Positions 50,111 to 59,406 of a stretch of DNA of 64,000 nucleotides are shown here, in pieces. Position 1 is the first letter of the stretch; the number at the start of each line of letters is the position of its first letter. Source of the DNA: Methanocellales archaeon (lineage in GTDB: Archaea > Halobacteriota > UBA148 > JAUWXC01); NCBI GenBank assembly GCA_030610945.1, contig JAUWQV010000001.1, positions 25,901 through 89,900 on the forward strand, written 5' to 3'. Position numbers and translations under genes: made by a program. The notes beneath the pieces are model-generated. The model searched no databases. It was not told the DNA's origin and was given only the letters and a program-made list of their open reading frames with translations.

Positions 50111-50836
50111 ATGAAAGATCTCTTATTGATACTGCTCTTAATTTTCGTTGGACAGACTCTTGGATCATTAATAGGTCTCATCAAAAAACCAAGTAAAGTT
50201 GCCTTATATGGCTCTATATCATTTGCAGCGAGCATGATGATTGCCATATCTTTTGTTCAATTAATACCCGAAGGCTTAAAATACACGCCTCCATTTTTGA
50301 TAGCAATCTCGTTTTTCGCTGGTATGACAATAATGTGGATAGCCGATCGTTTACTGCCCCACATCAATCCGGAGCTAATCAAAAAAGAAAAGCCCTCCGT
50401 TAAACGAAGTGTTACCATGTTGGTCATCGGCATTGCCTTGCACAATATCCCAGAAGGTTTGGCAATAGGAGTTGGTTTTACAATAACTGCGAAATTGGGA
50501 ATCGCTATTGCGTTAGCCATTGCAATACAGGATCTCCCGGAAAACATTGCGACAATTGTTCCATTATATAATTTGACTAAAAAAAAGATGAAGTCGTTTA
50601 TCATCCTTACCACCACGGTACTGTTCGAGGTGGTTGGATTTATCCTAGGATATTTAGCTTTGAAAGGGGCGTCGTTGTGCTGGCTGGGGGCTTCACTGGC
50701 GCTTGCGGCAGGATTCATGGTTTACATTTCAGTCGAAGAATTGATACCTTCAGCACAGGTAAAGAGATATCCTAAAACGGCGGCGACAGCCATGATTTTA
50801 GGTGTGGTGTGTGTTTTATTAACCAGTATCATATAA
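50111..50836 (+). CDS. ZIP-family metal transporter (ZupT-like)
   Basis: LHNIPEGLAIG, IQDLPE, EELIP. Confidence 0.9.
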   Translation: MKDLLLILLLIFVGQTLGSLIGLIKKPSKVALYGSISFAASMMIAISFVQLIPEGLKYTPPFLIAISFFAGMTIMWIADRLLPHINPELIKKEKPSVKRSVTMLVIGIALHNIPEGLAIGVGFTITAKLGIAIALAIAIQDLPENIATIVPLYNLTKKKMKSFIILTTTVLFEVVGFILGYLALKGASLCWLGASLALAAGFMVYISVEELIPSAQVKRYPKTAATAMILGVVCVLLTSII

Positions 50837-50861
50837 CCAAAATTGAGAGATACTCACTATG

Positions 50862-51296
50862 TCACACCTTGCCCTCGAGCCAGCCAATTTTAACGCCAAT
50901 TTTCCGATCAAACTCCGGAACATGTGGCTTGATATCCAAGAGCGGTGTGCCGTCAAGCATGTCAACACCTCTTACCCGCAGGATGTTCCCATTACATTCC
51001 AACAGCTCCACGATGGTGAGTCCTATCGGGTTTGGTCTGCTAGGGGACCTTGTAGCAAAAAGGCCACGTAAATTTTCATCCAAAAAAGGCCTCACGAGAA
51101 GTGAATATCCCTTGGATTTATTGAACAGATATAAGATTATAAGGTGAGAAAAACCTTCGATATCTTTCAACCCTTTCTCGTACTCTTTGAAAACCTCGAT
51201 CTCACCAATTTCCTCTGATTTATATGCTTGATAAGGCGCCTCTCCATCGCTCTTGTAGGGTGTGTGTATTATTCCTATTGATTTTAATTCCTTCAT
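50862..51296 (-). CDS. tsaA: TsaA/TrmO-family SAM-binding tRNA methyltransferase
   Basis: GLFATRSPSRPNPIGLT, LDGTPLLDIKP. Confidence 0.9.
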   Translation of the reverse strand: MKELKSIGIIHTPYKSDGEAPYQAYKSEEIGEIEVFKEYEKGLKDIEGFSHLIILYLFNKSKGYSLLVRPFLDENLRGLFATRSPSRPNPIGLTIVELLECNGNILRVRGVDMLDGTPLLDIKPHVPEFDRKIGVKIGWLEGKV

Positions 51297-51419
51297 CTCA
51301 TCCTCCTATCGCCGACATATCTACCCAATGAAAAATAATTCATGTAAAGGTTTTTATCCATTGATAGAGCAACAACCTCACTTTAATTGAATTGATGGAT
51401 GTTAGATCAACTTTTCAGT

Positions 51420-52001
51420 TCACTTTTCCATTCCAAACTTCCTTCGGTAATACTTTGAGTAGATTGCCCCTGCAGGATTATGCGCCAGCACCCTGTCTTT
51501 CACGATAAACGTCGTCACTGGCGCCTCTGAATGTTTTGAAAACAGAATATCATGTCCAAGACACAAGCCGCAGATTATATTCAAATCCGTATCCTTCTCG
51601 TTCAACGCCATCGCCTGCCCTATTGGATTGCACATCGCCTCGTATCTATCATCTTTTATCTTCTCCAGGCCGAAATCCTCCTTGTCGATCCCGCAGATTT
51701 TGCAGCAAACAGAGTAAACCTCAAAGTCCCTTTCCAAGATTTCATGCAATACTCTGGCTTCTGACTCCAATCCAATACAGAATGCGATCCCAAGCGTTTT
51801 GTAGCCCATGTCCTTACAAAACGCCATCAATTCCTCCAGCCGCGTGAGTTCCATGTAGTGTCTTGCCTCAAGATTTGCCGCAGTAGCCATTATCTTTAGG
51901 TTCTCATCTTCGGCTTTGTAAGTACCCACAACTTTTTCTTTGATGGTAGTGCAATTCTTCCCTTGATAGCATTTCTTTTCATCACATAGAGCGCATTTCA
52001 T
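51420..52001 (-). CDS. DUF1847 Cys-rich metal-binding protein
   Basis: TRLEE, GIAFCIGL, SVCCKICG, CNPIGQA, GLCLGHD, KDRVLAHNP. Confidence 0.85.
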   Translation of the reverse strand: MKCALCDEKKCYQGKNCTTIKEKVVGTYKAEDENLKIMATAANLEARHYMELTRLEELMAFCKDMGYKTLGIAFCIGLESEARVLHEILERDFEVYSVCCKICGIDKEDFGLEKIKDDRYEAMCNPIGQAMALNEKDTDLNIICGLCLGHDILFSKHSEAPVTTFIVKDRVLAHNPAGAIYSKYYRRKFGMEK

Positions 52002-52932
52002 CTTTACTCACCACAAAATACGTTTGGTTTTTATGCATCTTTTTCACAACCCGCCTGTCATCTACCAACACCCCTAGATATTTTACAACCTCATTTCGAT
52101 GAATCCCCAACACATTCGAGATGTCCTCTACCGTGCATGGCCTTCGTTCTAAAAGCGTTAATATACTCTTCTCTACACCTTTTTCATACGCCTTCATCGC
52201 TTTTCTGGCATGCGGCGTGATTATCTCCGCTTTTTTGCCAAACATCTTACATATCTTTCGCATCTGATTGGCATCAACGGGCATGGCAAAAGATTCGCAT
52301 GGCGGACGTACAACCGTGTTCAACTGAATTTTGTCAGGATTTATTTCATTAATGATGCCTGCCATTTGTTCTATCTCGCCCACACCATCATTTACCCCTT
52401 TTACCAGCATGACCTCCAGCCAAATCTCGTTGTCAAACTCTTTTCTGAACTTTTTTAATCCGTCAATAATATTTTCTATCCTCAAGCCATTATGCGGCCT
52501 GTTCACCCTCACAAAGACATCCTGCGTCACAGCATCCAGAGAAGGGAGAACTAAATCAGCACGCCTTAATTCATCCCGCACCCGTTTCTTGAAGAGCAAT
52601 GAGCCATTCGTTAAAACCGCGACCGGGATATCGGTCATTCGCTTAACCTCCTGGACCATTTCGCCAATTTTTGAGTTCAAGGTCGGCTCACCAGAGCCAG
52701 AAAATGTGATGTAATCTACTTTGTCATGATCTTCGGTGAGATAACTTTTTAGCTCACTTATAATCACCTGCTTGGAAACATATTCTCTTCTCTGTATCGT
52801 CTTATTCGTCGTTTGTCCCAACTGACAGTACACGCAGTCAAAAGAGCACGTCTTGTATGGAACGATATCCAGCCCTAAGGAAAAGCCCAATCGTCGGGAC
52901 GGCACCGGTCCAAAGACATGGTGTTGATTCAT
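51982..52932 (-). CDS. Radical SAM protein (COG0731-like) with C-terminal wHTH
   Basis: FGPVPSRRLGFSLG, CSFDCVYC, SGSGEPTL; start MNQHH at 52932. Confidence 0.88.
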   Translation of the reverse strand: MNQHHVFGPVPSRRLGFSLGLDIVPYKTCSFDCVYCQLGQTTNKTIQRREYVSKQVIISELKSYLTEDHDKVDYITFSGSGEPTLNSKIGEMVQEVKRMTDIPVAVLTNGSLLFKKRVRDELRRADLVLPSLDAVTQDVFVRVNRPHNGLRIENIIDGLKKFRKEFDNEIWLEVMLVKGVNDGVGEIEQMAGIINEINPDKIQLNTVVRPPCESFAMPVDANQMRKICKMFGKKAEIITPHARKAMKAYEKGVEKSILTLLERRPCTVEDISNVLGIHRNEVVKYLGVLVDDRRVVKKMHKNQTYFVVSKDEMRSM

Positions 52933-52936
52933 GATC

Positions 52937-53590
52937 TCAAACCTCCTTGCTCCATCCTGCTCCGTTCGTCTCGAAAGCATCTGGGAATCGCCGCGCAATT
53001 TCTGATTTATGTATGGTACAATGACATGGGACCAAGAGAGGTATGTCCTTCAGTAAATCATAATCATCAAATCCATGAAACCCTCCAATCACGCCATACA
53101 CAGGTCCAAGCGATGATGCGTTATTCAAAATTATGGATAGCCCAGGATGGGCGCAGCCTGTTATTACAATTATGCCTTTTTTCGTCTCGAGAAGGAGAGA
53201 TTGCTCTTGTATACCCGTCCCAAGCACGCCCGTCGTATAAGCACGGTCGCATATTTTTGCGGGTCCATCAACCTCAACCAACCTGGCCCTTGATGTAATT
53301 TCATCTTTCAAGCGCTTTGAGAATGACGATGGCACGTATACATCAACATCTGGATTCACATCCAGCAACCGCGCCAGTCCGCCAATGTGGTCCCAATGGT
53401 CGTGCGACAACACGACGATGTCGATGTCCCTGGGATTGATGCCCAGCGCCTTCAAATTGAACAGCAATATTGTACCATCCCAGCCCGTGTCAAACAAAAC
53501 TTTTTTCTCATTCTCAACGAGGCAAGAAAACCCCCAGCCAGATTTCAAGTTTAGGGGCGCTTCATTATCGTAAATTACTGCAATCCTCAT
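52937..53590 (-). CDS. MBL-fold metallohydrolase (COG1237-like)
   Basis: LFDTG, SHDHWDHIGG, GCAHPG, GGFH, PCHCT. Confidence 0.9.
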   Translation of the reverse strand: MRIAVIYDNEAPLNLKSGWGFSCLVENEKKVLFDTGWDGTILLFNLKALGINPRDIDIVVLSHDHWDHIGGLARLLDVNPDVDVYVPSSFSKRLKDEITSRARLVEVDGPAKICDRAYTTGVLGTGIQEQSLLLETKKGIIVITGCAHPGLSIILNNASSLGPVYGVIGGFHGFDDYDLLKDIPLLVPCHCTIHKSEIARRFPDAFETNGAGWSKEV

Positions 53591-54442
53591 TTAAACACCA
53601 ATACAGAACAGTATCAATCCCACAACCAAGCCAAATGCGACGTTGAAGGCTTTAACATAAAACGTGTCCTTAATAGAGTAAGAAAGCAGGGGCAGCAAGC
53701 CGTGACCATCCTGAACTATAGAACTGACAAGCAGGACGGAAAAAGGAGCGAGCCCATGGAAGTACAACAAAAGGAATATTAAGTGTGGTCCTGACTCGGG
53801 GATGATTCCGACCAGGGCAGCCAAAATAATCAATAATAGTGTATTTTGCGGCATAATCGTCGCTAAGTCAAATTTGAACAGGATAAGCTGGAGTGCAAGC
53901 ATGGTGAAAAACAGCCATAGGAACAGTCGTGGCAGATGTCTTTTAATGATATGATTGTAGACATGCTCTTTAAGAAAATGTTTAATGCTCAGCTCTTCTT
54001 CTTCATGAATCTCGATCTCACAGGGCTGGCAGGTCTTCAATTTGACCTTTCTGGCGACCCAATCAGCCAAGTAACCGGCAATTATTCCCAGTACCAAGCA
54101 GATGGCAAATATCAATAAAGCTGTTCTCGGCATCATGGCCAGCATCACAAATGCCCCATCTCCAGCAGTAGCGATCATCACCGCTACTAGGGCACCGAAA
54201 CCAACCAGGCCATGAACGTACAGGGAAACTATGAAGAAGGCGTCAACACAACCGGGCACCACTCCAAGGAAGGAGGAGATCACATACTGGTTTGAGGGTT
54301 TTCTAGTAATCTTTTCTCGGATCTTATCTTTAAACCTTAACTCCAAGTACTCGGTCAATATCATCAACGCTAAAACTATCAAAAGTATCTTTAGGGTCCC
54401 GAGAAGGATTTCTGAAATGAGCGTTTGAAGCATGTGTTTCAC
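53591..54442 (-). CDS. Putative heavy-metal permease (ArsP-like/DUF2899-type)
   Basis: GVVPGC, ATAGD, GIIPESGPH and QDGH motifs; multiple TM segments. Confidence 0.75.
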   Translation of the reverse strand: MKHMLQTLISEILLGTLKILLIVLALMILTEYLELRFKDKIREKITRKPSNQYVISSFLGVVPGCVDAFFIVSLYVHGLVGFGALVAVMIATAGDGAFVMLAMMPRTALLIFAICLVLGIIAGYLADWVARKVKLKTCQPCEIEIHEEEELSIKHFLKEHVYNHIIKRHLPRLFLWLFFTMLALQLILFKFDLATIMPQNTLLLIILAALVGIIPESGPHLIFLLLYFHGLAPFSVLLVSSIVQDGHGLLPLLSYSIKDTFYVKAFNVAFGLVVGLILFCIGV

Positions 54443-55296
54443 TCCAAAGCACGTGTTATATTATTCCACATTTCCCCTATCTTTCTTGAAACTTCCCCAT
54501 CGGAGAATTCAACTACGGGCTTCCCGGCGACCATGGCCTCCGTGACAATTGGATCGTATGGAATTTTACTTATCACATTCACGCCACTTTTTCGACAGGA
54601 CTCGACTATCTGATTGGTATTTTCCTCGTTGATATCATATTTATTAATACAGACTAAAGAGGCTATGCCAAAATGGCGAGTTAGTCCTAAAATCCTTTCC
54701 AGATCATGCAAACCCGACATCGTTGGTTCGGTGACGATTAGCGCCATATCAACTCCAGCAAGGGACGCTATCACAGGACAGCCTATGCCAGGCGGACCGT
54801 CTATCAAGATTAGCTCTCTTCCCTGCTCCTCGGCCATTTTTCGTGCCTTATTTCTGACAAGAGCGACCAATTTTCCAGATGCTTCTTCAGCGATGCTCAA
54901 TCTGGCGTGGACCATTGGACCGTACTTGGTTTCAGAAATAAATGCATATCCAGAAATCTTTTCCCTGAGCATTATGGCGTTCTCAGGGCAGACGTATGCG
55001 CATACGCCGCAGCCCTCGCATAAAATGGGGTCTATCGTGTGACCGCGTATTGCGCCGAACTTACACGCCTTCTCACATCTCCCGCAATCTATGCACTTTT
55101 CTTCATCTACCACTGCTTCCTTCGAGCCCTTAAACTCCTCTTTTTCCTTCAGACGTGCCTCGAAAAGCAGATGGAGATTCGGTGCATCCACATCACAGTC
55201 TGCTATAACATGGTTGTGCGCCAACACAGTAAAGGATGCAACGATGATCGTTTTTCCGGTTCCGCCTTTTCCGCTTATGACGACCAGCTGCTTCAC
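54439..55296 (-). CDS. MinD-superfamily ATPase with inserted 2x[4Fe-4S] domain (COG1149), copy 2
   Basis: SGKGGTGKT, DCDVDAPN, CIDCGRC and CEGCGVC, DGPPGIGCP. Confidence 0.9.
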   Translation of the reverse strand: MKQLVVISGKGGTGKTIIVASFTVLAHNHVIADCDVDAPNLHLLFEARLKEKEEFKGSKEAVVDEEKCIDCGRCEKACKFGAIRGHTIDPILCEGCGVCAYVCPENAIMLREKISGYAFISETKYGPMVHARLSIAEEASGKLVALVRNKARKMAEEQGRELILIDGPPGIGCPVIASLAGVDMALIVTEPTMSGLHDLERILGLTRHFGIASLVCINKYDINEENTNQIVESCRKSGVNVISKIPYDPIVTEAMVAGKPVVEFSDGEVSRKIGEMWNNITRALE

Positions 55297-56132
55297 TGAC
55301 TGTTCACCACACTTTTTATGTGCTCAAAAACACCTGAGAATTTTTCTTTCCATTCTGGCATCTTCAAGACAAACGGTACGCCGCGTGAGTATAGCTCTGC
55401 AATCTTTCTATCCATGGGAATTGTGAGCAAGATTGAAATGCCCTCTTCGCTGCAGTACTCCTGGACTTTGTGGTCTCCGATTCCCTCGCGGTTTATTATA
55501 ACTCCAAACGGGATTTCCATTTTCCTCAGCACTTCTACAGCCAATTTAAGGTCATGCAAACCAAAGGGCGTTGGCTCGGTTACAAGTATGCAGTAATCGC
55601 TTCCATGCACAGCCGCTATCACGGGGCAAGATGTCCCAGGTGAAGCATCGATGATTACAGTTTTATCGTTATCGATCTCATTCTTTACCCCCCTTACCAC
55701 CGGAATTGCCATGAGTTCGCCTATGTTGAGCTCACCATACACGAATTCGATGTCCCCTGCCTCCCCCTTTTTGACCACACCAACTTCTCTATCTTCTTCA
55801 GCAATTGCATTTTTGGGGCAAACGATCGAGCAGCCACCACATCCGTGACAGAGTTCCGGGAACACCATGATCTTGTTCTTGAGCACAGCAAGTGCGTTAA
55901 ACTCACAGAATTCAGCACATTTTCCGCAGTAGTCACACCTGGTTTCGTCGACCGTTGGTACTGCTATGTAGACTAACATCTGCTTTTGGATCTCTGGCTG
56001 CAAGAAGATATGTGCGTTCGGCTCTTCGACATCGCAGTCCAAGAGTTGAACATTTGTGAGAGACAGTGCCATGTTTGTGGCTATGGTGGTTTTTCCCGTG
56101 CCGCCCTTGCCACTTGCTATGGAGATTATCAT
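55293..56132 (-). CDS. MinD-superfamily ATPase with inserted 2x[4Fe-4S] domain (COG1149), copy 1
   Basis: SGKGGTGKT, DCDVEEPN, CDYCGKC and CHGCGGC, PGTSCP, EPTPFG. Confidence 0.9.
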   Translation of the reverse strand: MIISIASGKGGTGKTTIATNMALSLTNVQLLDCDVEEPNAHIFLQPEIQKQMLVYIAVPTVDETRCDYCGKCAEFCEFNALAVLKNKIMVFPELCHGCGGCSIVCPKNAIAEEDREVGVVKKGEAGDIEFVYGELNIGELMAIPVVRGVKNEIDNDKTVIIDASPGTSCPVIAAVHGSDYCILVTEPTPFGLHDLKLAVEVLRKMEIPFGVIINREGIGDHKVQEYCSEEGISILLTIPMDRKIAELYSRGVPFVLKMPEWKEKFSGVFEHIKSVVNSQ

Positions 56133-56141
56133 TAGTAGCCC

Positions 56142-56513
56142 TTATCTCACTAATTCTGTGTTGTGTTCTTTACAGGCATTTTCGTCAGTAGCCACTTGAA
56201 GCTTTCCAGACTTCCAAGCATTGATCGCATCCTTCACAGTTCCATTAGCGCCTACAAAGACCTCGATGCCAAATTGCTCGAACATCTGGATTGCCCTCGG
56301 ACCTAAACCAGAACAGAGCATCACATGCACGCCTTTTCTTGCTATCAGTTCAGGTGGAAGCCCTGTGCCACCCATATGCTCGCTCGTATTTGGAAAAACC
56401 TCTACCTCGTTGGTCTCCGTATCCACCAGCGTATAATATAGGCATCTTCCGAAGTGTGGAGATACCACATCGTCCATACCACTTTGCCCTATTGTTGGTA
56501 CACATACCTTCAT
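56142..56513 (-). CDS. NifB/NifX-family (COG1433) cofactor-binding protein
   Basis: VSPHFGRC, GLGPRA, C-terminal ACKEH; start MKVCVP at 56513. Confidence 0.88.
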   Translation of the reverse strand: MKVCVPTIGQSGMDDVVSPHFGRCLYYTLVDTETNEVEVFPNTSEHMGGTGLPPELIARKGVHVMLCSGLGPRAIQMFEQFGIEVFVGANGTVKDAINAWKSGKLQVATDENACKEHNTELVR

Positions 56514-56530
56514 ACTATCACCTATCGATC

Positions 56531-56686
56531 TCATTTTTCCCTGACCATTTTGCTTCCACATTTCGGGCAAGTTTGATCAAAGCATGGCGTCCCTGCAATA
56601 TGCGGGGTTTTATGTCCACAATTTGGACATACACAGTTACCACCAGGGCCTAAACCAGAACCGCCCATTCTCTTTTGTCCAGCCAT
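56531..56686 (-). CDS. Small zinc-ribbon protein (51 aa)
   Basis: Not in the ORF track: MAGQKRMGGSGLGPGGNCVCPNCGHKTPHIAGTPCFDQTCPKCGSKMVREK; GAGGT RBS. Confidence 0.85.
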   Translation of the reverse strand: MAGQKRMGGSGLGPGGNCVCPNCGHKTPHIAGTPCFDQTCPKCGSKMVREK

Positions 56687-56705
56687 TATATCTACCTCAT
56701 GCCAA

Positions 56706-57284
56706 CTATTTTCTAAGTTCTGCCAGTCTCTTCTTGAGTTGATCCAATTGCTGTTCTAATGTCTTTACCTGAGTTTCCAGCATCTGCAGTTCTTGCTCTT
56801 TAGGCACCTGAGACGTTGGCATTGGTGGCATTATTGGAGCGGTTGTAGGCGCCTGCTGCATGAGCCCCATGCTCATCCCCCGGCCACCTCCACGTCTCCT
56901 GCCCCCGCCCATTCCCATGCCGCCAAACATTGGCGCTGTTGCCGTGGTAATCGGAGAGAGTTCGCCTTCCAAGTATTTTGTCACTGCATCTCTCACGCTA
57001 ATCCCCTGTACGGATATCATCTCAATGCCAACTTGATTCAAAACCATGGATGCGTTGGGACCATAATTGCCGGCTATCACCGCCTTTGCGCCTTGACTGA
57101 CGATTGACTGGGCTGCCTGGATTCCAGCGCCGCCCGTTGCACCTGCATATTGATTTTGAATTACCGAGCTATTCTTGATTTTCTTTCCTTCAACATCTAC
57201 GACCGTAAACGTCGGGCATCTTCCAAACACCGGGGATACTGTATCGTCCAAACCCCCTGCGGTTGTTGCAACTACTATTTTCAT
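56706..57284 (-). CDS. NifB/NifX-family protein fused to a Gly/Arg-rich, coiled-coil (DUF5320-like) tail
   Basis: VSPVFGRCP, GGAGIQAAQ, GNYGPNA; GGGRRRGGGRG; LETQVKTLEQQLDQLKKRL. Confidence 0.88.
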   Translation of the reverse strand: MKIVVATTAGGLDDTVSPVFGRCPTFTVVDVEGKKIKNSSVIQNQYAGATGGAGIQAAQSIVSQGAKAVIAGNYGPNASMVLNQVGIEMISVQGISVRDAVTKYLEGELSPITTATAPMFGGMGMGGGRRRGGGRGMSMGLMQQAPTTAPIMPPMPTSQVPKEQELQMLETQVKTLEQQLDQLKKRLAELRK

Positions 57285-57288
57285 TTTT

Positions 57289-57458
57289 TCACCTCATTTT
57301 TTGAAGCTCTTTGAGCCGTTTCTTAATTTCTTCTAATTATTGTTCTATTATTTTTGCCTGACTTTCCAATATCTGAATTCTCGTCCTTTTGATATTTGTA
57401 CCAGCGGCATGCCAGTTGGTACTGATATCCCTGCTGCTTGGGGCGTGACCTGACTCAT
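57289..57458 (-). pseudogene. Decayed DUF5320-like coiled-coil gene
   Basis: MSQVTPQAAGISVPTGMPLVQISK, frameshift, then IQILESQAKIIEQ*LEEIKKRLKELQK, which parallels the tails of the neighbouring genes. Confidence 0.65.
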
Positions 57459-57525
57459 ATAAAATATGAGCTACCCTGTATTTAACCTCTGTAGACTGTT
57501 TGTGACTTTGTAAAGGAAATCTCTT

Positions 57526-57879
57526 TTATTTCTTGGAAAGTCCTTCCAGCCTTCCTTTTATAGCTTTGAGTTCTTCTTCCATAGATTTGACCATTTCTTC
57601 AAGATATGTTTTTTCCTCTTCTTTTGTTGGTTCTGGGTACACATAGGGTTGTGTGAGTTCCGGTGTAGGTCCATAATATCTGTGATAGGGTCCTGGATAC
57701 GAGCAATATCCTCGTCTCCAGAATCCTCGACCGAAACCTCTACCTCTAGCGAATCCTCTTCCGAATCCTCGAACAGATGCGTTCGTATATCCCGGCACTG
57801 AATAGCCTATGCAGTATCCTGCTCGCCTACCTGTCATGGGCCCCATGCCCATTGGTCCTGTTCCATCTCCACCTGGCAT
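57526..57879 (-). CDS. DUF5320 family protein
   Basis: MPGGDGTGPMGMGPMTGRRAGYC, RGFG repeats, C-terminal coiled coil. Confidence 0.88.
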   Translation of the reverse strand: MPGGDGTGPMGMGPMTGRRAGYCIGYSVPGYTNASVRGFGRGFARGRGFGRGFWRRGYCSYPGPYHRYYGPTPELTQPYVYPEPTKEEEKTYLEEMVKSMEEELKAIKGRLEGLSKK

Positions 57880-57891
57880 TCTTTTCACCTC

Positions 57892-58065
57892 CTATTTTAA
57901 TGAAATCGCAATATTAGGGCAGACATCAACACATGCACCACACTCTGTGCATAGCGCTTCATCAACTGAAGCAATGTCACCGTTCAGTGATATTGCGCCC
58001 CCTGGGCACTCATCAACGCATACCCCACATCCTAAACACTGGTCCACATCAACTTTTGCTGGCAC
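57892..58065 (-). CDS. 2x[4Fe-4S] ferredoxin (57 aa)
   Basis: Not in the ORF track: GTG start after GAGGTGA; [12 protein letters not shown] and [12 protein letters not shown]. Confidence 0.92.
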   Translation of the reverse strand: MPAKVDVDQCLGCGVCVDECPGGAISLNGDIASVDEALCTECGACVDVCPNIAISLK

Positions 58066-58074
58066 ATTATCACC

Positions 58075-58920
58075 TCACTCTTTTAGCGACGCCTCTATTT
58101 TATCTACGATTCCCATAAACGACTTTGCAGTATGTGAATTGGGCTCTAACATAAGCGGCTCTCCCGCGTCTCCCATCTCACAGACCTTGTAGTCAATTGG
58201 GATGCTCCCAAGGAATGGTACACTTAACTCCTTCGCAGACTCCCCGCCGCCGCCTGTCTTGAATATATCAACAGTATTGCCACAATGAGGACAAACGAAA
58301 CCGCTCATATTTTCTACAATTCCAATCACCGGGATATGAAGCTGCTTCGCGAAGTTAACGGCCCTCCTTGAATCCAATAGCGCAACCTCTTGTGGCGTCG
58401 TTACGATGACTGCATTGCTGTTTGGAATTAATTGTGCAATGCTAAGCGGCTCATCACCTGTCCCAGGTGGCAAATCCACTATCAGATAATCTAGTATGCC
58501 CCATCTTACCTCTTTTGTAAATTGTTCTATAGCCTTCATCCTAAGAGGGGCACGCCATATAATGGGTGAATCTTTTTCCATCAAAAACGCCATAGAAACC
58601 ACCTTGATAGGAGATGCTCCGTCAATTGATGCGAGAACTGGTTCGATGTAGGTGCCATTGCTATACAAGCTACCAGCATCAAGCCCCAGCATTTTTGGAA
58701 CATTTGGCCCAGTTATATCTGCATCAAATAATCCAACATTGTACCCCCTCATTGCGAGACCAAACACCAAGTTAACCGCTACTGTTGTCTTTCCAACGCC
58801 GCCCTTGCCGCTCATCACCATAATGCTATGTTTTATGTCCCATGTGTGTGAGTCTTCGTCTTGGTTGCCCACTAGTTCTTCCGATTTGTGTAATTTAGGT
58901 TTTTCCTCTAACATATCCAC
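58075..58920 (-). CDS. Mrp/NBP35 Fe-S carrier ATPase
   Basis: [33 protein letters not shown]. Confidence 0.93.
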   Translation of the reverse strand: MDMLEEKPKLHKSEELVGNQDEDSHTWDIKHSIMVMSGKGGVGKTTVAVNLVFGLAMRGYNVGLFDADITGPNVPKMLGLDAGSLYSNGTYIEPVLASIDGASPIKVVSMAFLMEKDSPIIWRAPLRMKAIEQFTKEVRWGILDYLIVDLPPGTGDEPLSIAQLIPNSNAVIVTTPQEVALLDSRRAVNFAKQLHIPVIGIVENMSGFVCPHCGNTVDIFKTGGGGESAKELSVPFLGSIPIDYKVCEMGDAGEPLMLEPNSHTAKSFMGIVDKIEASLKE

Positions 58921-58925
58921 ATCTC

Positions 58926-59354
58926 CTAACCTCTCACATAGCCCCTATCTTCAGGGGCCCTGTGAATATTCGCTGAGCTGCACTTGGGGCACTCAACGGG
59001 CCTTCCCGTTCCGTATGATTCTTCCCATTCATTGCCGCAATCATGGCATTTGAATCTCCTCGCTGCCATCTCATAATTGCCTCCATGAATTTTTATTGCC
59101 TTGCCGTTGACCAAAGCGTCTGCGATTTTTTTTCTTGCAGACTCCAAGAGCCTGTGGAGCGTCGGCTGTGAGATAGTCATCTTCTCAGCCGCTTCTTTTT
59201 GTCCCAGTTCCTCTATACTGTTAAGCCTAATTGCCTCGAGTTCGTCAACCGCTAAACTAACTTCTTCCATGTCTGCTAGGGGTATTCCTCTTGGCTTGAA
59301 ATATGTAATCCCGGGTTCAAACCAGACTCGTCTATTCTTTCTGGGCCTGACCAT
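58926..59354 (-). CDS. DUF134 (UPF0251) predicted DNA-binding protein with C-terminal zinc ribbon
   Basis: [38 protein letters not shown]; CHDC...CPKC. Confidence 0.9.
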   Translation of the reverse strand: MVRPRKNRRVWFEPGITYFKPRGIPLADMEEVSLAVDELEAIRLNSIEELGQKEAAEKMTISQPTLHRLLESARKKIADALVNGKAIKIHGGNYEMAARRFKCHDCGNEWEESYGTGRPVECPKCSSANIHRAPEDRGYVRG

Positions 59355-59377
59355 GTTATGAATATATATTCATAACA
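59354..59377. promoter_or_regulatory. Candidate DUF134 operator
   Basis: Perfect 24-bp palindrome TGTTATGAATATATATTCATAACA between the TTTAAA box and the ATG. Confidence 0.75.
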
Positions 59378-59406
59378 CATTTAAATGTTTTGCTAAATAT
59401 TTCGCA

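Noticed and set aside
57454-57470. CTCATAT-AAA-ATATGAG inverted repeat as another DUF134 site
   Set aside because: Arm orientation and spacing differ from ATGAA-N6-TTCAT, and it lies in decayed pseudogene sequence.
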